From Nanobdellota archaeon (GTDB taxonomy: Archaea > Nanobdellota > Nanobdellia > Parvarchaeales > Parvarchaeaceae), in NCBI GenBank assembly GCA_021802105.1, contig JAKAAW010000003.1, positions 1 to 54,850 on the forward strand: a stretch of DNA of 54,850 nucleotides, read 5' to 3'. Shown here piece after piece: positions 45,288 through 54,850 of the stretch. The notes below the pieces were generated by a model. It did not search any database, was not told the origin of the DNA, and saw only the letters and a program-made list of their open reading frames with translations. The position numbers and the translations under genes were made by a program. How positions within the stretch are numbered: the first letter of the stretch is position 1; every line of letters begins with the position of its first letter.

Positions 45288-45614
45288 TCAAAGTTTCCTT
45301 AATATAAACCTATCAGGAACCTTATCGCCCTTTAACTCTATACCGTCTCTCATAAGTTTGCGCTTCTTTATGACTATACTGTTCTTATCATTTGCATCAC
45401 CAAGCGTATAACCTCCCAGATTCCCGTCGGACCTAATGACCTTATAACAGGGGTATTCTTTGGGGTGCCCGTTTTCACTCAGTATTCTCCCGACAAATCG
45501 AGGGTTTATGCACAACTTTTTCCCTATAGCACCATAAGTAGTAACTTTTCCCCCCGGTATACTCTTTAGCAGGGAATAAACCCTTTGGTATTCATTTCCT
45601 TTGGTTTTCTCCAT
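45288..45614 (-). CDS. MGMT/Ogt DNA-binding-domain protein (single domain) with a variant active-site motif
   Basis: 108 aa with ..GKVTTYGAIGKKL.. and PCYKV in place of the canonical PCHRV. Confidence 0.6.
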   Translation of the reverse strand: MEKTKGNEYQRVYSLLKSIPGGKVTTYGAIGKKLCINPRFVGRILSENGHPKEYPCYKVIRSDGNLGGYTLGDANDKNSIVIKKRKLMRDGIELKGDKVPDRFILRKL

Positions 45615-45617
45615 AAG

Positions 45618-46307
45618 CTACTCTACTAATATGCTTTTGACCATCTTTTCCTCAGATATTATATTCTTCTCACCTAGACGTGAGAACCAATTGTTTATGT
45701 TATGTATATCTCTGATCAGAAATTCCTTAGTAAGACTCGTAAGCTTTAGCGACTGAGAAAAATCTATAAGGTATGGTTCTCCATTGAAGTTCAGTATATT
45801 ATATGGGCTTAAATCACCGTGTATAAAACCTCTTTTGCCCATCTTTACTATGAAACCGACCAACTTTGTATACCAAGAATCTACATCAAAGTCCGTGTCT
45901 TTTATCGCTAGCCTTGCTGGAACCAAGTCCTCTCCTATAAACTGCATCACTATGATGTTCCCGAAAAGACGATATGGCTCAGGTGCGTTTACTCCTATAT
46001 TGAATGCCTTCTCTAAAAAGTTATATTCAAACCTTGACCAATCATCTATCTTCTTTAGGAAACCACCTGTTTTTGACCCTCTAAGTCTAAGATAAACAGG
46101 TATCTTATTGAAAGATTGTATATTGTGCCTATGGATTTTCACCGCTACTTTTCTACCTTTGTAGTCGGTGCTCAAAAAAACGTATGACTCTTTCCCGCTT
46201 CCTACGGGACCTATAAGAGATCCGATATAGCCATCACTCTCTAATTTGTTCAGATTATACACGGTGTCTTTATCGAATACGTGCTGGAATGTTTTAACTT
46301 TCGGCAT
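45618..46307 (-). CDS. RIO-type serine protein kinase
   Basis: [26 protein letters not shown] and IDFSQS. Confidence 0.75.
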   Translation of the reverse strand: MPKVKTFQHVFDKDTVYNLNKLESDGYIGSLIGPVGSGKESYVFLSTDYKGRKVAVKIHRHNIQSFNKIPVYLRLRGSKTGGFLKKIDDWSRFEYNFLEKAFNIGVNAPEPYRLFGNIIVMQFIGEDLVPARLAIKDTDFDVDSWYTKLVGFIVKMGKRGFIHGDLSPYNILNFNGEPYLIDFSQSLKLTSLTKEFLIRDIHNINNWFSRLGEKNIISEEKMVKSILVE

Positions 46308-48213
46308 AGCGTTTTTGCAGCGCCTTCTTTATGGAAGCGATAAGTTTCTGCTTGTTCTTGCTTTCTACCATGGCATATTTGACTACTTCAGTTATGTTCT
46401 GGACAGGTATTATCTTCACAGACTTGTATGTTGATACTATGTCCCCGAGATTCGAGGCAGGTATTATAACTTCGCTCATACCAGCGTTGACTGCTGCCTC
46501 TATCTTTGCATTTACTCCTCCGACAGGTAAAACTTCTCCAAGTATAGATATTGATCCTGTCATCGCCGTCGACTGCTTTATAGGCACCCCTGTAAGGGCT
46601 GATAGAATGCTTGCAGCCACGCTTATACTCGCACTGTCTCCCTCTACACCGGAGTATGCCTGCAAGAACTGTATGTGGATATCATAATTAGTAAGGGGCT
46701 CTTTTGCGTACAGCTTTACTATAGCCGATACGTTTTTGACCGCTTCCTGCGCTATTTCTCCGAGTTTACCTGTCGCTATTATCTCTCCTGCCCCCTTTCT
46801 CATGCTCTTTGTTATTATAGCCTCAATAGGGAGCATAAGGCCAGAATCTGAATTCTCTATAACGGCGAGACCGTTGACCCTGCCGATCCTTGAGCCCTTG
46901 TTTTGGATTATGTCATATTCCTTCTTCTCTTTTATGTATTTTGATGCTATCTGCTGTTCGAAAGACTTTGCAAAGTTTCTTGCGCGCTCTATATCCGAAA
47001 CTGTGACTACAGAGTGCCTATTTTCTTTGGCTACGTCTCCGGCGACTCTTATCACTCCGCCTAAGTCTCTCAGGAATAATGTGAGGGAGTTCTTCCTTCC
47101 TGCTTTCCTGCGAGCTTCTTTAACTATCTCCCCAACAGCTTCACGCGAAAAAGGAGGTATCTTCTTGTCCTTGGCTACTTCTTGCGCCACAAATCTTGCT
47201 ATCTTATCCCTGTTTTCTATCGTGTCTGGCATGGTATCATTCATGTACACTTCATAACCGTATCCTCTTATCCTTGACCTCAAAGCGGGACTCATATTAG
47301 ATATTGAATTTGGATTTCCAGCGCCGACCAGGACAAAGTCACAAGGTGCAGGAGTAGTTTTTACCATCGCTCCGGCACTTCTCTCGCTCCTACCTGTTAT
47401 AGTGGCTCTCTTATCCTGCATGGCGGTTAGAAGCTGTATCTGCATTTCTGGAGATAAATTTGCTATCTCGTCTATGAAAAGCACGCCACCATTAGCCTTG
47501 TGTATATCCCCCATTACCACTCTCTCGTGCGGCGGGGTCCCCAGACCGCCAGACTGGAACGGATCGTGCTGCACGTCTCCCAGCAGTGCGCCTTCATGGG
47601 CACCTGTAGCGTCTATAAACGGTGCGTTTTTCATCGACGAATTATCTATAAGCAGTTTTGGCGAAAGTACGCTGACACGTGCTCTTCCTAGCCTGTACAT
47701 CAATATGACTATGAGAAAGCCTATCAACATCGTTATTATGAAGAGCGTACCTGATATCTGGTTGGCAGCTGCAAGTATTGCATTGCTCTGGTTCTGGACA
47801 AAAAGATTCACTATGTAGCTTGCTATGAAAAAAGCGACTAGGATGCCTATGAATATTAGCATGTTATTGCCACCGTTCATTGCAGCTACGTTCTTAGCTT
47901 TGGCCTGGGTGACTATCCTTCTGCCTTCTCCCGCCGGAACAGTCTTTATTATTGGTTCATTCTCATCCTTTGGGTTTGGTAAGGATATCATGTCCACCAG
48001 TTTCTCTGCTGGCAGTAACTCAGAAAGCGCTTGCCCTAACATACTTTTACCAGTTCCGGGAGAACCGATCAAAAGCACATTTCTTCTCTGTGTAGCGGCC
48101 TTTTTGATTATCTCTGAAGCCTCATCCTGTCCTATGACTTGATCGACTATCTTTGACGGTATTTTTATATCGTTTGTCGTCCTGAACTGGATCTCAAATA
48201 CCTTATCAGCCAT
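46294..48213 (-). CDS. lonB: Archaeal membrane-bound Lon protease (LonB)
   Basis: 639 aa. Walker A is GSPGTGKSM, two TM helices are inserted in the AAA+ domain, Walker B is VLFIDEI, and the protease Ser motif is ..[10 protein letters not shown]... Confidence 0.9.
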   Translation of the reverse strand: MADKVFEIQFRTTNDIKIPSKIVDQVIGQDEASEIIKKAATQRRNVLLIGSPGTGKSMLGQALSELLPAEKLVDMISLPNPKDENEPIIKTVPAGEGRRIVTQAKAKNVAAMNGGNNMLIFIGILVAFFIASYIVNLFVQNQSNAILAAANQISGTLFIITMLIGFLIVILMYRLGRARVSVLSPKLLIDNSSMKNAPFIDATGAHEGALLGDVQHDPFQSGGLGTPPHERVVMGDIHKANGGVLFIDEIANLSPEMQIQLLTAMQDKRATITGRSERSAGAMVKTTPAPCDFVLVGAGNPNSISNMSPALRSRIRGYGYEVYMNDTMPDTIENRDKIARFVAQEVAKDKKIPPFSREAVGEIVKEARRKAGRKNSLTLFLRDLGGVIRVAGDVAKENRHSVVTVSDIERARNFAKSFEQQIASKYIKEKKEYDIIQNKGSRIGRVNGLAVIENSDSGLMLPIEAIITKSMRKGAGEIIATGKLGEIAQEAVKNVSAIVKLYAKEPLTNYDIHIQFLQAYSGVEGDSASISVAASILSALTGVPIKQSTAMTGSISILGEVLPVGGVNAKIEAAVNAGMSEVIIPASNLGDIVSTYKSVKIIPVQNITEVVKYAMVESKNKQKLIASIKKALQKRYAES

Positions 48214-48264
48214 ATCCTCTTTTTAGCAAGTTGTCTCTTATAAGCTTTGTATATATGTTTTCAT

Positions 48265-48546
48265 CTATAGAATCGAACTCGGAGCTTCCTCCTCAGAAGG
48301 AGATGAGACTATGCTAGATATTATCATTATATCATCTATCGCTCTCACGAGGCTGTGCTGGATTATCGCACCTCTTGCCCCTTTTATCATCTTTGAGAGA
48401 TTGGAAGAAGCACTAGCTTTTACTCTCCAACTCACTATTCTATTGTCCAGAATTATAGCCTCATCAACCTCACCGAAGTACGAACCGCTATCGGTAAAAA
48501 CCTTAAGACCTGAGGTGCCTGTTACATTCTTTAATTTCAATGCCAT
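48265..48546 (-). CDS. PRC-barrel domain protein
   Basis: 93 aa with ..LKVFTDSGSYFGEVDEAIILDNRIVSWRV... Confidence 0.45.
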   Translation of the reverse strand: MALKLKNVTGTSGLKVFTDSGSYFGEVDEAIILDNRIVSWRVKASASSNLSKMIKGARGAIIQHSLVRAIDDIMIISSIVSSPSEEEAPSSIL

Positions 48547-48605
48547 ACATTAGTTTCTCTCTCGGTGCTTAAATATTTAACTATCCCCCAAGATAGGAAG
48601 ATCGT

Positions 48606-49025
48606 CTATAAACGGACCTCCTCCCAGCTCACTCTCTTATTCTCCACTGCGTCTTTTACGAGCTTTTCAGACAAGTTTAGCCTCGCTGAGCCCGTCTTGA
48701 CTTCTACAAATTTTATATTTATTTTTATGTTTGCATCTGACTGTTCTGACAGCCCCTGAAACACGACATAATCTATGGGATCCCCAACGAACCTAAAATC
48801 TGCCACGTCCCCGAACCTTCTTGAAACCATTGGGAATAGCTCCTCGCTTATCTGGCCCTTCACTATCGATCTCTGCGCATTAAGTGCTCTGTCCACTTCC
48901 TTTGATAGTTCCTTTTCTTTCCACCTTCTAATGTAATTCTTAAACAAGAAATAAAAAGTTGCACCCGAGACTGCGGATATGATTATACTTCCTAACATGA
49001 GACCGATGATAAACCCAGACGTCAT
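48606..49025 (-). CDS. Membrane-anchored Holliday-junction-resolvase-related endonuclease (COG4741-like)
   Basis: An N-terminal TM helix, then ..GDPIDYVVFQGL...IKFVEVKTGSARLNLSEKLVKDAVENKRVSWEEVRL. Confidence 0.55.
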   Translation of the reverse strand: MTSGFIIGLMLGSIIISAVSGATFYFLFKNYIRRWKEKELSKEVDRALNAQRSIVKGQISEELFPMVSRRFGDVADFRFVGDPIDYVVFQGLSEQSDANIKINIKFVEVKTGSARLNLSEKLVKDAVENKRVSWEEVRL

Positions 49026-49056
49026 AGTTATTGTTGGTTTTTTATAATAATAACCT

Positions 49057-49140
49057 TGTCGGAGAGGAGATTCGAACTCCTGACCTCCGCCTTTCTTAAA
49101 AATTCATGAGGGCGGCGTACTACCGCTGTACTACTCCGAC
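49057..49140 (-). tRNA. tRNA with anticodon CAT (elongator Met or Ile2) and a 12-nt intron
   Basis: Minus strand: acceptor GTCGGAG/CTCCGAC, anticodon stem CCGCC/GGCGG enclosing CTCATG + 12 nt + A, and T arm AGGAG-TTCGAAT-CTCCT. It is not initiator-like (G1, and no GGG/CCC in the anticodon stem). Confidence 0.8.
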
Positions 49141-49283
49141 TTATCTTCTGTATCCAATGTCTCTTAAGAATTTATGCCTTTGCCTCTTATCTTCGTCGTT
49201 ATTGATGCAGAATGGTATCTTTTTAGTCTATTACTAAAAAATAACTTCATCTTCTTTTCTACCATACATCCAAGAAGTGATTA

Positions 49284-52200
49284 TTAAGAAGAGCATTTAA
49301 CATTCGTGCGCTTAATGCTAGAATAAGTATATTTTATATTAGTATTGCCACTGCCGGCTACTGCATTTCCTGAACTAGGATCTGGGGTGTAGTAATACTC
49401 ATAATATACACCTGACGTACTACAGTTGCTATATACTCCATTATACGCCTTGAAAGGGTAAGAGCTATCCTGCAAAGCAGATGAATCTATCTGCAATGAA
49501 CTCGTACTGCTACTGCCCACTGCTCCATCAAAAGTGACCGACCAGGAAAAAGAACCGGACGAAGAAGAACTAGATGGAAGTCCGGATTCCTGGAATGTAG
49601 TTATCGAATCTATAGTGCAAATTTTGCTGCTGGAAAATGAGATAGGGTTATTGGAGCTTCCAGACACGGCGTTGCCGGAGGAAGGAGATGGGGAGTAAGT
49701 CCACACATAATGCCCTCCCTCCCTCCAATTACCGCATGGAGCACCTTTAATCTTCAATGAAGGGACGTTGAAATTATAAGTCTTGCCATAACTGCTTGGG
49801 AACAGGTTTATATTTACTATATCAAGCTGAGGCGGGTAGCTGTTGTTGGTGGTAGTATTATATGTTAGGGACCACTTCGTGTTTTTCGGCAGACCATTCT
49901 CTAAGAAGGAAGTAGTCACGTTTTGCGTTAGAGCGAATTTAACCTTCACTGTGGCGCCTGCGTTTGTTTGCCCAAACGAAGGCGAAGCCGAATAGAAACT
50001 GTGGGGACTGTTTACGTTTGGCACGGAGAAATAGTACGAACCTGCGTCTGAGCTTATGCTTATATTGTTAGGAGAGCGCGCTGAGTATGTTGTCCCAGAA
50101 TAAACGACTTTCCACACGTCTCCGGGAGGTAGACCTGTTTCATTAAACACCGTAGTACAGTTAGTCTTTGCGCCGAAGACTATCTGCTTTGTGGTTCCTG
50201 CAGTCAGATTTCCAGAAGCAGGGTTTGGAGTGTATGTGGAAGTGCATGTTTGAGATGCCGATGAATTCACGAGTGTTGGCAGAGAGAAGCCGTGTTTTCC
50301 GCCAGGTGTCAAGAAGGATATTGAATTGGATGCAGACGTCTTAGTCACATTGTCGTAAGTCATCGTCCACGCTTTCCCTTGAGGCAGTCCATTTTCCGCA
50401 AAAGTGGTCGTCTTGAAATGATAGATGGATAAGTACGTGCCGAATTTTGAATCAACCTGATACACTGGTATGGGTATTATATTATAAGTCTTAGGTGAGA
50501 CCAGCAAAGTATAACTCACATTCCATAAGGTTGGTAGATTATAAGCCAGGTAGTACCTGGATGATGTAGTATAGGTCAGATTTCCCGGTGTCTGGTACAG
50601 ACAGTTGACTACATAGCCGTAAAGCACGTTGTTTATCGAATTGCACTCCTCATCGGATGTTAGGTTGACCGACCAGCCGTTTCCTCCGTGGTAAGTAGAT
50701 GTGAAAACCCTCGAATTACCATTAGTGCACACCGTGTTAAGGCCCGTGGCGCTGCCTGTCGTACCTAAAATGTTTACTGAAGGCGCAGATGTATTCCCTG
50801 TTTCGCTAATGCTGTAGAACTGCACCGAATGCAGACCCTGGCTAAGCGCACCTAAAGGCAAGTAAATGCCGCTAGAATAGGCTGGAGGCAGATTCTGACC
50901 CGAACATAGTTCTCCTTCTCCGAGCGAGAACAAATTGTCACTAGGTAAGCCAGGTATGCAGTTTGCAGATGTGCCGCCGGTGAACAGACTCAAAGCATAG
51001 TCATAAACACTGCCATTTACGAAACCCGGAACACCGCTTACACCGAAGTATGGGTTCTGGAGCATCAGTATATTAAGTGTATCGAATGGGAATATTGATG
51101 ACTTCTTTATGGCACTTGAGCCAAGGCTTGATAACAAAATGTTAGTGGGCAATAGATGTGTGATTATGTTTGTAAATTCATTTTGAGACACTGAGAGACC
51201 CGACATGTACTGATCTTTTATCTGAGTGTGGGAACCGCCTTGTGGTATTGATATGTTAGTCGGAAAGGTGGAGTTAATCACACCTATGCCTATCCCAAAC
51301 CCTACGGCTGAGGAACTGTTTGAATACTGCAGAGCGTACGATGAGCTTGTCTCATTCGTTATGCCGAAGTGATCTGCTGTACAGCCGTTCGATACAGTCG
51401 GTTGTGCGTATCCTTTTCCAGAGAAAGGTTTACAGCTTGTCGGCACGGCTCCATTGCTGCTGTTGCCGTTCTCTTGTGAGTAAGAGGTGTAGGATGTCAC
51501 TTCTGTATAGTTAGCCATATAGCATGAAGGGTCTGTGTTTATATTCGCCGCAAAAAGAGTTGCCGGCGCAGATACACACGATTCTATAGTACCGGAATAG
51601 CCTGATGGACAACTGTAAGTTTCACTGTAAGAACTTCCTTTGACTGTCTGACTAGCCGTAGGCGGTGTGATGTTGATAGAATCTCTGCCTATCTCGCAAC
51701 CGCCAACCTCTGGCAAAAAGGTTGTTTTTGATATTATAGGATTGTATATACCTTTGGTAAAATGCGTCCAGCTGGTGGCTATCCCTGCGTTTAGATTGGC
51801 TCCTATAAGGTTCGTAAAGTTACCGCAAGTATTATTGGCAAGCGGGCCGGTCGGGTTTGATTGGGAAGCTGAGATGGAGTTCATTGTCAGATTCATAGAT
51901 TGGCTTATTATATACGGGTATGATGAACTGCTGTAAGAGATGCTGCACTCTGTCACTATTTTCGACTCGTTGATGCTTTGCGCTATGCTAGTGAGAACGA
52001 CAGACGAAGAGCAGTCTGTTCCAGCATTGCCGTTGCTGCATGAAATTGTCGTGTTCTTGTATGATTTCACTCCTGACGAACTGTTAGCGGCATATACCCA
52101 GCCGTTGCAGTTAAAAAGAGCGTCAATCCCGTTTATCGGTGAAGTTGAATTTTCGTACACTTTAGGGATAGTATATGTGGTAGTGCCGGTGGTGCTGGCA

Positions 52201-54850
52201 GAAGAGATTGGTGAAGTTATGGCGAACGCAATGGTGCCATCTGTAGGCATGCAAGAAAATGTGGTACTACCCAGACTGCCTAGGTAGCATCCGCCGCCTA
52301 TCTCGCCGCCGAGTGGAAGTGCTTCTATGTTGCTGTAACTGCCAGAGGATGGAACTGTAGGTACAGGTTTGGAACAGTAAGTCATATCTTGTATAGTGTA
52401 ATTCGCAGGGCAGGAGTTTATGAGAGATATGCCGGATAAACTGTAGACAATTCCTCCTGGACTAGCGAATTGGTCGTTTATTATAGCAGTATAGTTGGCA
52501 AGGTATCTCTCCCCGATGTTGGTAGGATTGTAATCGACCCATGTGCCGTTTACATAGAGCCTAGGCCATTTAAGAATGTACAGTTTCTCTCCGTTCGATA
52601 GCTGTTGTACCCGCGAAGTAGTCGTTACATTCTTTGTCAGGCTGCAGTCGGCGTATAGGGTCGCGTTTATGGCTTTGCCATTAGAACTCGCTGTGCTTAT
52701 GTTGTATATGCCCGGTCTATAAGTCAAGTTCACCGTTTCCCCACCCTTTGTTGCGTAGCTGTTGTTGACTGCTCCTGCCTGTGAGGTATAGGTAGGTCTG
52801 CCGCCGAAAACACAATACACTTTGTTATAGTTGCCAGAGGCGTTGTAAGTGGAATACGGCAGGGTGGTTCCACTAGAATTGATTACGTTTACATTGGCGT
52901 ATATGTTAGGCATGCAAGACATGTTAAGATTTACTCCTGTGTAGTTCGATAGGCCAACCTGTTGTTTCCCTACGTACACTTTTGAGAAGGAGCCGAAGCC
53001 TACGAACTTTGGAGGGGGCACGTAAAAACTCTGGCCACTGCTAGTTTTTACGTATGAGAAATTTGATATGAGTTCATCCGTGACACTGAACGCGACAGCT
53101 GAGCCAGTTGATGAGATTGTGTCAGTTATAACGTTTGAGTTCTTAAAGAAGCAGTAGGTGCTGGATACTGTCTGGGACGGGTTCGTTACCTGATAAAGAT
53201 TGTTGGCGTTGTAATTTATACCACTAAAGTTGCTCTCTTTCCACACGACCCGCTGGGAAGCGGAATACGAAACTAAGAAACAGTCACTTATTGGTCCACT
53301 ATATACCTCCGACACGCTCGCCTGCGATGCAGAGACGTTGTTTACTAGAAGGTCACCTATGTTCGCCCCGTTACTCAGGTGGAAGCCGCTTAAACACGGA
53401 CCGGACGATGCTTTGCAGTTACCTAAAAGCGTTGCGTTGTAGCTATCTGTGGAGAATGCCACGCTGTATGGAGTAGCGGATACGTTTGCCCAATTACTGG
53501 AATATGTTATCGGTGAGGGATTTTCACCTGCAAATATCATGTAAGAATTACCGTTGTACGCTTCGCTCTTGTTGGCTATTATAGAGTAGGTGCACGTACC
53601 ACTAAGAATTGAGTTTACCTGATATGGCAGTTCTGCCATAGGGTAAGGCGAGTTTCCTAGAACCCTGATTCCATTACAGGATCCTTGTTCTGGCAGGGAG
53701 AACGAAAGTGGCATTGGCCCTGCTGATTCGCTGCTGAAGGTCAGGTTGTAAGCTATAGAGGGAGTATCCGACACGACTACCGGGGCGATGAGCAGAAAAT
53801 CGCCAGGCAATGTTCTTGTTACATTGAGAAGAGCCGCCGTCTTGATCACAGTCTGTCCGTTACTAATCTCTGCGAATGAAAGCGTGTAGTTTCCTCTGGT
53901 CTTTAGGACGCAACCGCTATAGTTCAGAATTCCATTGGTTACGACTTTATCCACCAGGCATGATGTGGGATTGCCTGACGAGTCAAATGAGTAGATAGTC
54001 ACATTCTGCGAGTTTAGGGGCACACCGCTATCTGTTACCATCAATGATTTACCGCTTAGGTTCTGGATTGTTATGCCGAGACCCACATCTCCACTTATTA
54101 GGTACTTATTGTTCGATGCGTTCGTGAATACGGCTCTGACCCCTGTGAACGGCTTCTGCACTCTACAAAAGATAGTACCATTTGGAGTATTATAGTATCC
54201 CTGGCTTATTTCCGATGCGGATGACAGATTGTTAGGCTGGGTGTTCAACGTGTCAACTATGTTGCAGTTGAAAGGGGTATCGTTCGCATAATAAAGGTAA
54301 AGTTTTGAATTTGTGAGTATGGTCGTGCGTGGTGGCAATCCGAATACCAAAGTCAACCCATTCTTAGCATATGAAGATAAGTTTATGTTAGCGGTGTACA
54401 CACTGTTGACTTTAGAGTCGGACGAAAGATTTGAAGCTATAAAGTACACTCCATTTGATACTGGATTGGACATATTTATCGCAGAACTATTATAAACTTC
54501 CACATAGAAAGGTCCATACTGGGAACTCACTATCAAGTTATCGTTCAATGAAGATGAGGCTGAAATGCACGATGAACTTGCCACAGATATCGCCCCGGAT
54601 CCGTTTGTAGTCATGGCTGTGTTACCACAGACTGGAGTTCCATCTTTCAGAAGCGACAGCGTTACTTTTTCATGAGCAAACGTTGAGGCGTTTACCAAAG
54701 TTCTAGTTCCGACTATTTTTATAACTGACTTGTCGGCGCGTATGTTACCAGTAAATATGGAAGCACCGTATGCAGAAGACGGGATTGTCGCAATGGATAG
54801 CGATGGCTGCACGGAGAGTGAATTGTACGTATCTGACAGGCCACTCGTCA
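49284..54850 (-). CDS. Giant secreted/surface protein (>1854 aa), with the 5' end outside the window
   Basis: The frame stays open from the GTG at 54812 to the window edge (..TSGLSDTYNSLS-VQPSLSIA..), and no signal peptide is visible, so the true start lies upstream. The composition is very Ser/Thr/Asn/Gly/Tyr-rich, there are dozens of NxS/T sequons, and scattered Cys pairs occur. Four tandem ~95-110-aa modules sit at the C-terminus. Confidence 0.8.
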   Translation of the reverse strand, partial: TSGLSDTYNSLSVQPSLSIATIPSSAYGASIFTGNIRADKSVIKIVGTRTLVNASTFAHEKVTLSLLKDGTPVCGNTAMTTNGSGAISVASSSCISASSSLNDNLIVSSQYGPFYVEVYNSSAINMSNPVSNGVYFIASNLSSDSKVNSVYTANINLSSYAKNGLTLVFGLPPRTTILTNSKLYLYYANDTPFNCNIVDTLNTQPNNLSSASEISQGYYNTPNGTIFCRVQKPFTGVRAVFTNASNNKYLISGDVGLGITIQNLSGKSLMVTDSGVPLNSQNVTIYSFDSSGNPTSCLVDKVVTNGILNYSGCVLKTRGNYTLSFAEISNGQTVIKTAALLNVTRTLPGDFLLIAPVVVSDTPSIAYNLTFSSESAGPMPLSFSLPEQGSCNGIRVLGNSPYPMAELPYQVNSILSGTCTYSIIANKSEAYNGNSYMIFAGENPSPITYSSNWANVSATPYSVAFSTDSYNATLLGNCKASSGPCLSGFHLSNGANIGDLLVNNVSASQASVSEVYSGPISDCFLVSYSASQRVVWKESNFSGINYNANNLYQVTNPSQTVSSTYCFFKNSNVITDTISSTGSAVAFSVTDELISNFSYVKTSSGQSFYVPPPKFVGFGSFSKVYVGKQQVGLSNYTGVNLNMSCMPNIYANVNVINSSGTTLPYSTYNASGNYNKVYCVFGGRPTYTSQAGAVNNSYATKGGETVNLTYRPGIYNISTASSNGKAINATLYADCSLTKNVTTTSRVQQLSNGEKLYILKWPRLYVNGTWVDYNPTNIGERYLANYTAIINDQFASPGGIVYSLSGISLINSCPANYTIQDMTYCSKPVPTVPSSGSYSNIEALPLGGEIGGGCYLGSLGSTTFSCMPTDGTIAFAITSPISSASTTGTTTYTIPKVYENSTSPINGIDALFNCNGWVYAANSSSGVKSYKNTTISCSNGNAGTDCSSSVVLTSIAQSINESKIVTECSISYSSSSYPYIISQSMNLTMNSISASQSNPTGPLANNTCGNFTNLIGANLNAGIATSWTHFTKGIYNPIISKTTFLPEVGGCEIGRDSINITPPTASQTVKGSSYSETYSCPSGYSGTIESCVSAPATLFAANINTDPSCYMANYTEVTSYTSYSQENGNSSNGAVPTSCKPFSGKGYAQPTVSNGCTADHFGITNETSSSYALQYSNSSSAVGFGIGIGVINSTFPTNISIPQGGSHTQIKDQYMSGLSVSQNEFTNIITHLLPTNILLSSLGSSAIKKSSIFPFDTLNILMLQNPYFGVSGVPGFVNGSVYDYALSLFTGGTSANCIPGLPSDNLFSLGEGELCSGQNLPPAYSSGIYLPLGALSQGLHSVQFYSISETGNTSAPSVNILGTTGSATGLNTVCTNGNSRVFTSTYHGGNGWSVNLTSDEECNSINNVLYGYVVNCLYQTPGNLTYTTSSRYYLAYNLPTLWNVSYTLLVSPKTYNIIPIPVYQVDSKFGTYLSIYHFKTTTFAENGLPQGKAWTMTYDNVTKTSASNSISFLTPGGKHGFSLPTLVNSSASQTCTSTYTPNPASGNLTAGTTKQIVFGAKTNCTTVFNETGLPPGDVWKVVYSGTTYSARSPNNISISSDAGSYYFSVPNVNSPHSFYSASPSFGQTNAGATVKVKFALTQNVTTSFLENGLPKNTKWSLTYNTTTNNSYPPQLDIVNINLFPSSYGKTYNFNVPSLKIKGAPCGNWREGGHYVWTYSPSPSSGNAVSGSSNNPISFSSSKICTIDSITTFQESGLPSSSSSSGSFSWSVTFDGAVGSSSTSSLQIDSSALQDSSYPFKAYNGVYSNCSTSGVYYEYYYTPDPSSGNAVAGSGNTNIKYTYSSIKRTNVKCSS
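49287..50411 (-). repeat. Four tandem protein-level modules (FxExGLP ... W.V.Y ... Y.F.VP ... P.P.SG..AG) at the C-terminus of the giant protein
   Basis: The module starts are TTFAENGLPQGKAWTMTYDN.., TVFNETGLPPGDVWKVVYSG.., TSFLENGLPKNTKWSLTYNT.. and TTFQESGLPSSSSSSGSFSWSVTFDG... They are diverged at the DNA level. Confidence 0.75.

Noticed and set aside
46331-48142. Plus-strand ORFs antisense to lonB (46331..46687, 46736..47257, 47402..47818, 47825..48142)
   Set aside because: LonB on the minus strand has unambiguous Walker and protease motifs across the whole interval. The plus-strand translations are S/P/F/C-rich with no motifs.

Overview
This is an AT-rich, very tightly packed archaeal chromosome segment. 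Many genes meet at ATGA or 1-4 nt junctions, and many have a TATA-like box 21-25 nt upstream of the ATG, which suggests leaderless mRNAs.

I could support about 55 protein genes and 7 tRNAs, 5 of them with a canonical-position intron. All calls come from reading motifs in the ORF translations and folding tRNAs by hand. No database search was possible.

Core content:
- the transcription/translation cluster rpoH, rpoB'' (N-terminal part), rpoB' (C-terminal part), rpoA', rpoA'', L30e, NusA, S12, S7, all on the minus strand
- pheS-pheT-MBF1-tRNA-Leu
- serS, PCNA, aEF-1beta, Pth2, SepF
- mre11-rad50
- rtcB-archease-thiI
- dcd-eL41 and S8e
- LonB, a RIO kinase, and DNA repair genes (nth, ogg, an MGMT-like gene, RNase HII)

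Split RpoB, SepF, archaeal ribosomal proteins and intron-rich tRNAs point to a small-genome euryarchaeal or DPANN-like archaeon. That is inference only.

Accessory content sits at both ends and around 28-29.5 kb:
- two paralogous pilin-like genes encoding class III signal-peptide surface proteins
- a DUF4143-type AAA+ ATPase
- a surface protein of more than 1850 aa that runs off the window end
- a 761-aa tandem metallophosphoesterase

Most interesting observations:
1. A promoter/leader/signal-peptide cassette of about 330 nt is present in 2.5 copies. One copy carries a perfect (ACAG)6 tract inside the leader that puts the start codon out of frame, and 4 or 7 units would restore it. This has the layout of a phase-variable contingency locus.
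2. A second module of about 150-170 nt, a promoter plus a short ORF, is duplicated in front of two unrelated genes (thioesterase and dcd).
3. There is a truncated Dph2 fragment.
4. The MBF1 stop codon lies inside tRNA-Leu.
5. A 38-codon eL41 gene is missing from the ORF track.

I found no CRISPR array, rRNA, transposase or integrase.
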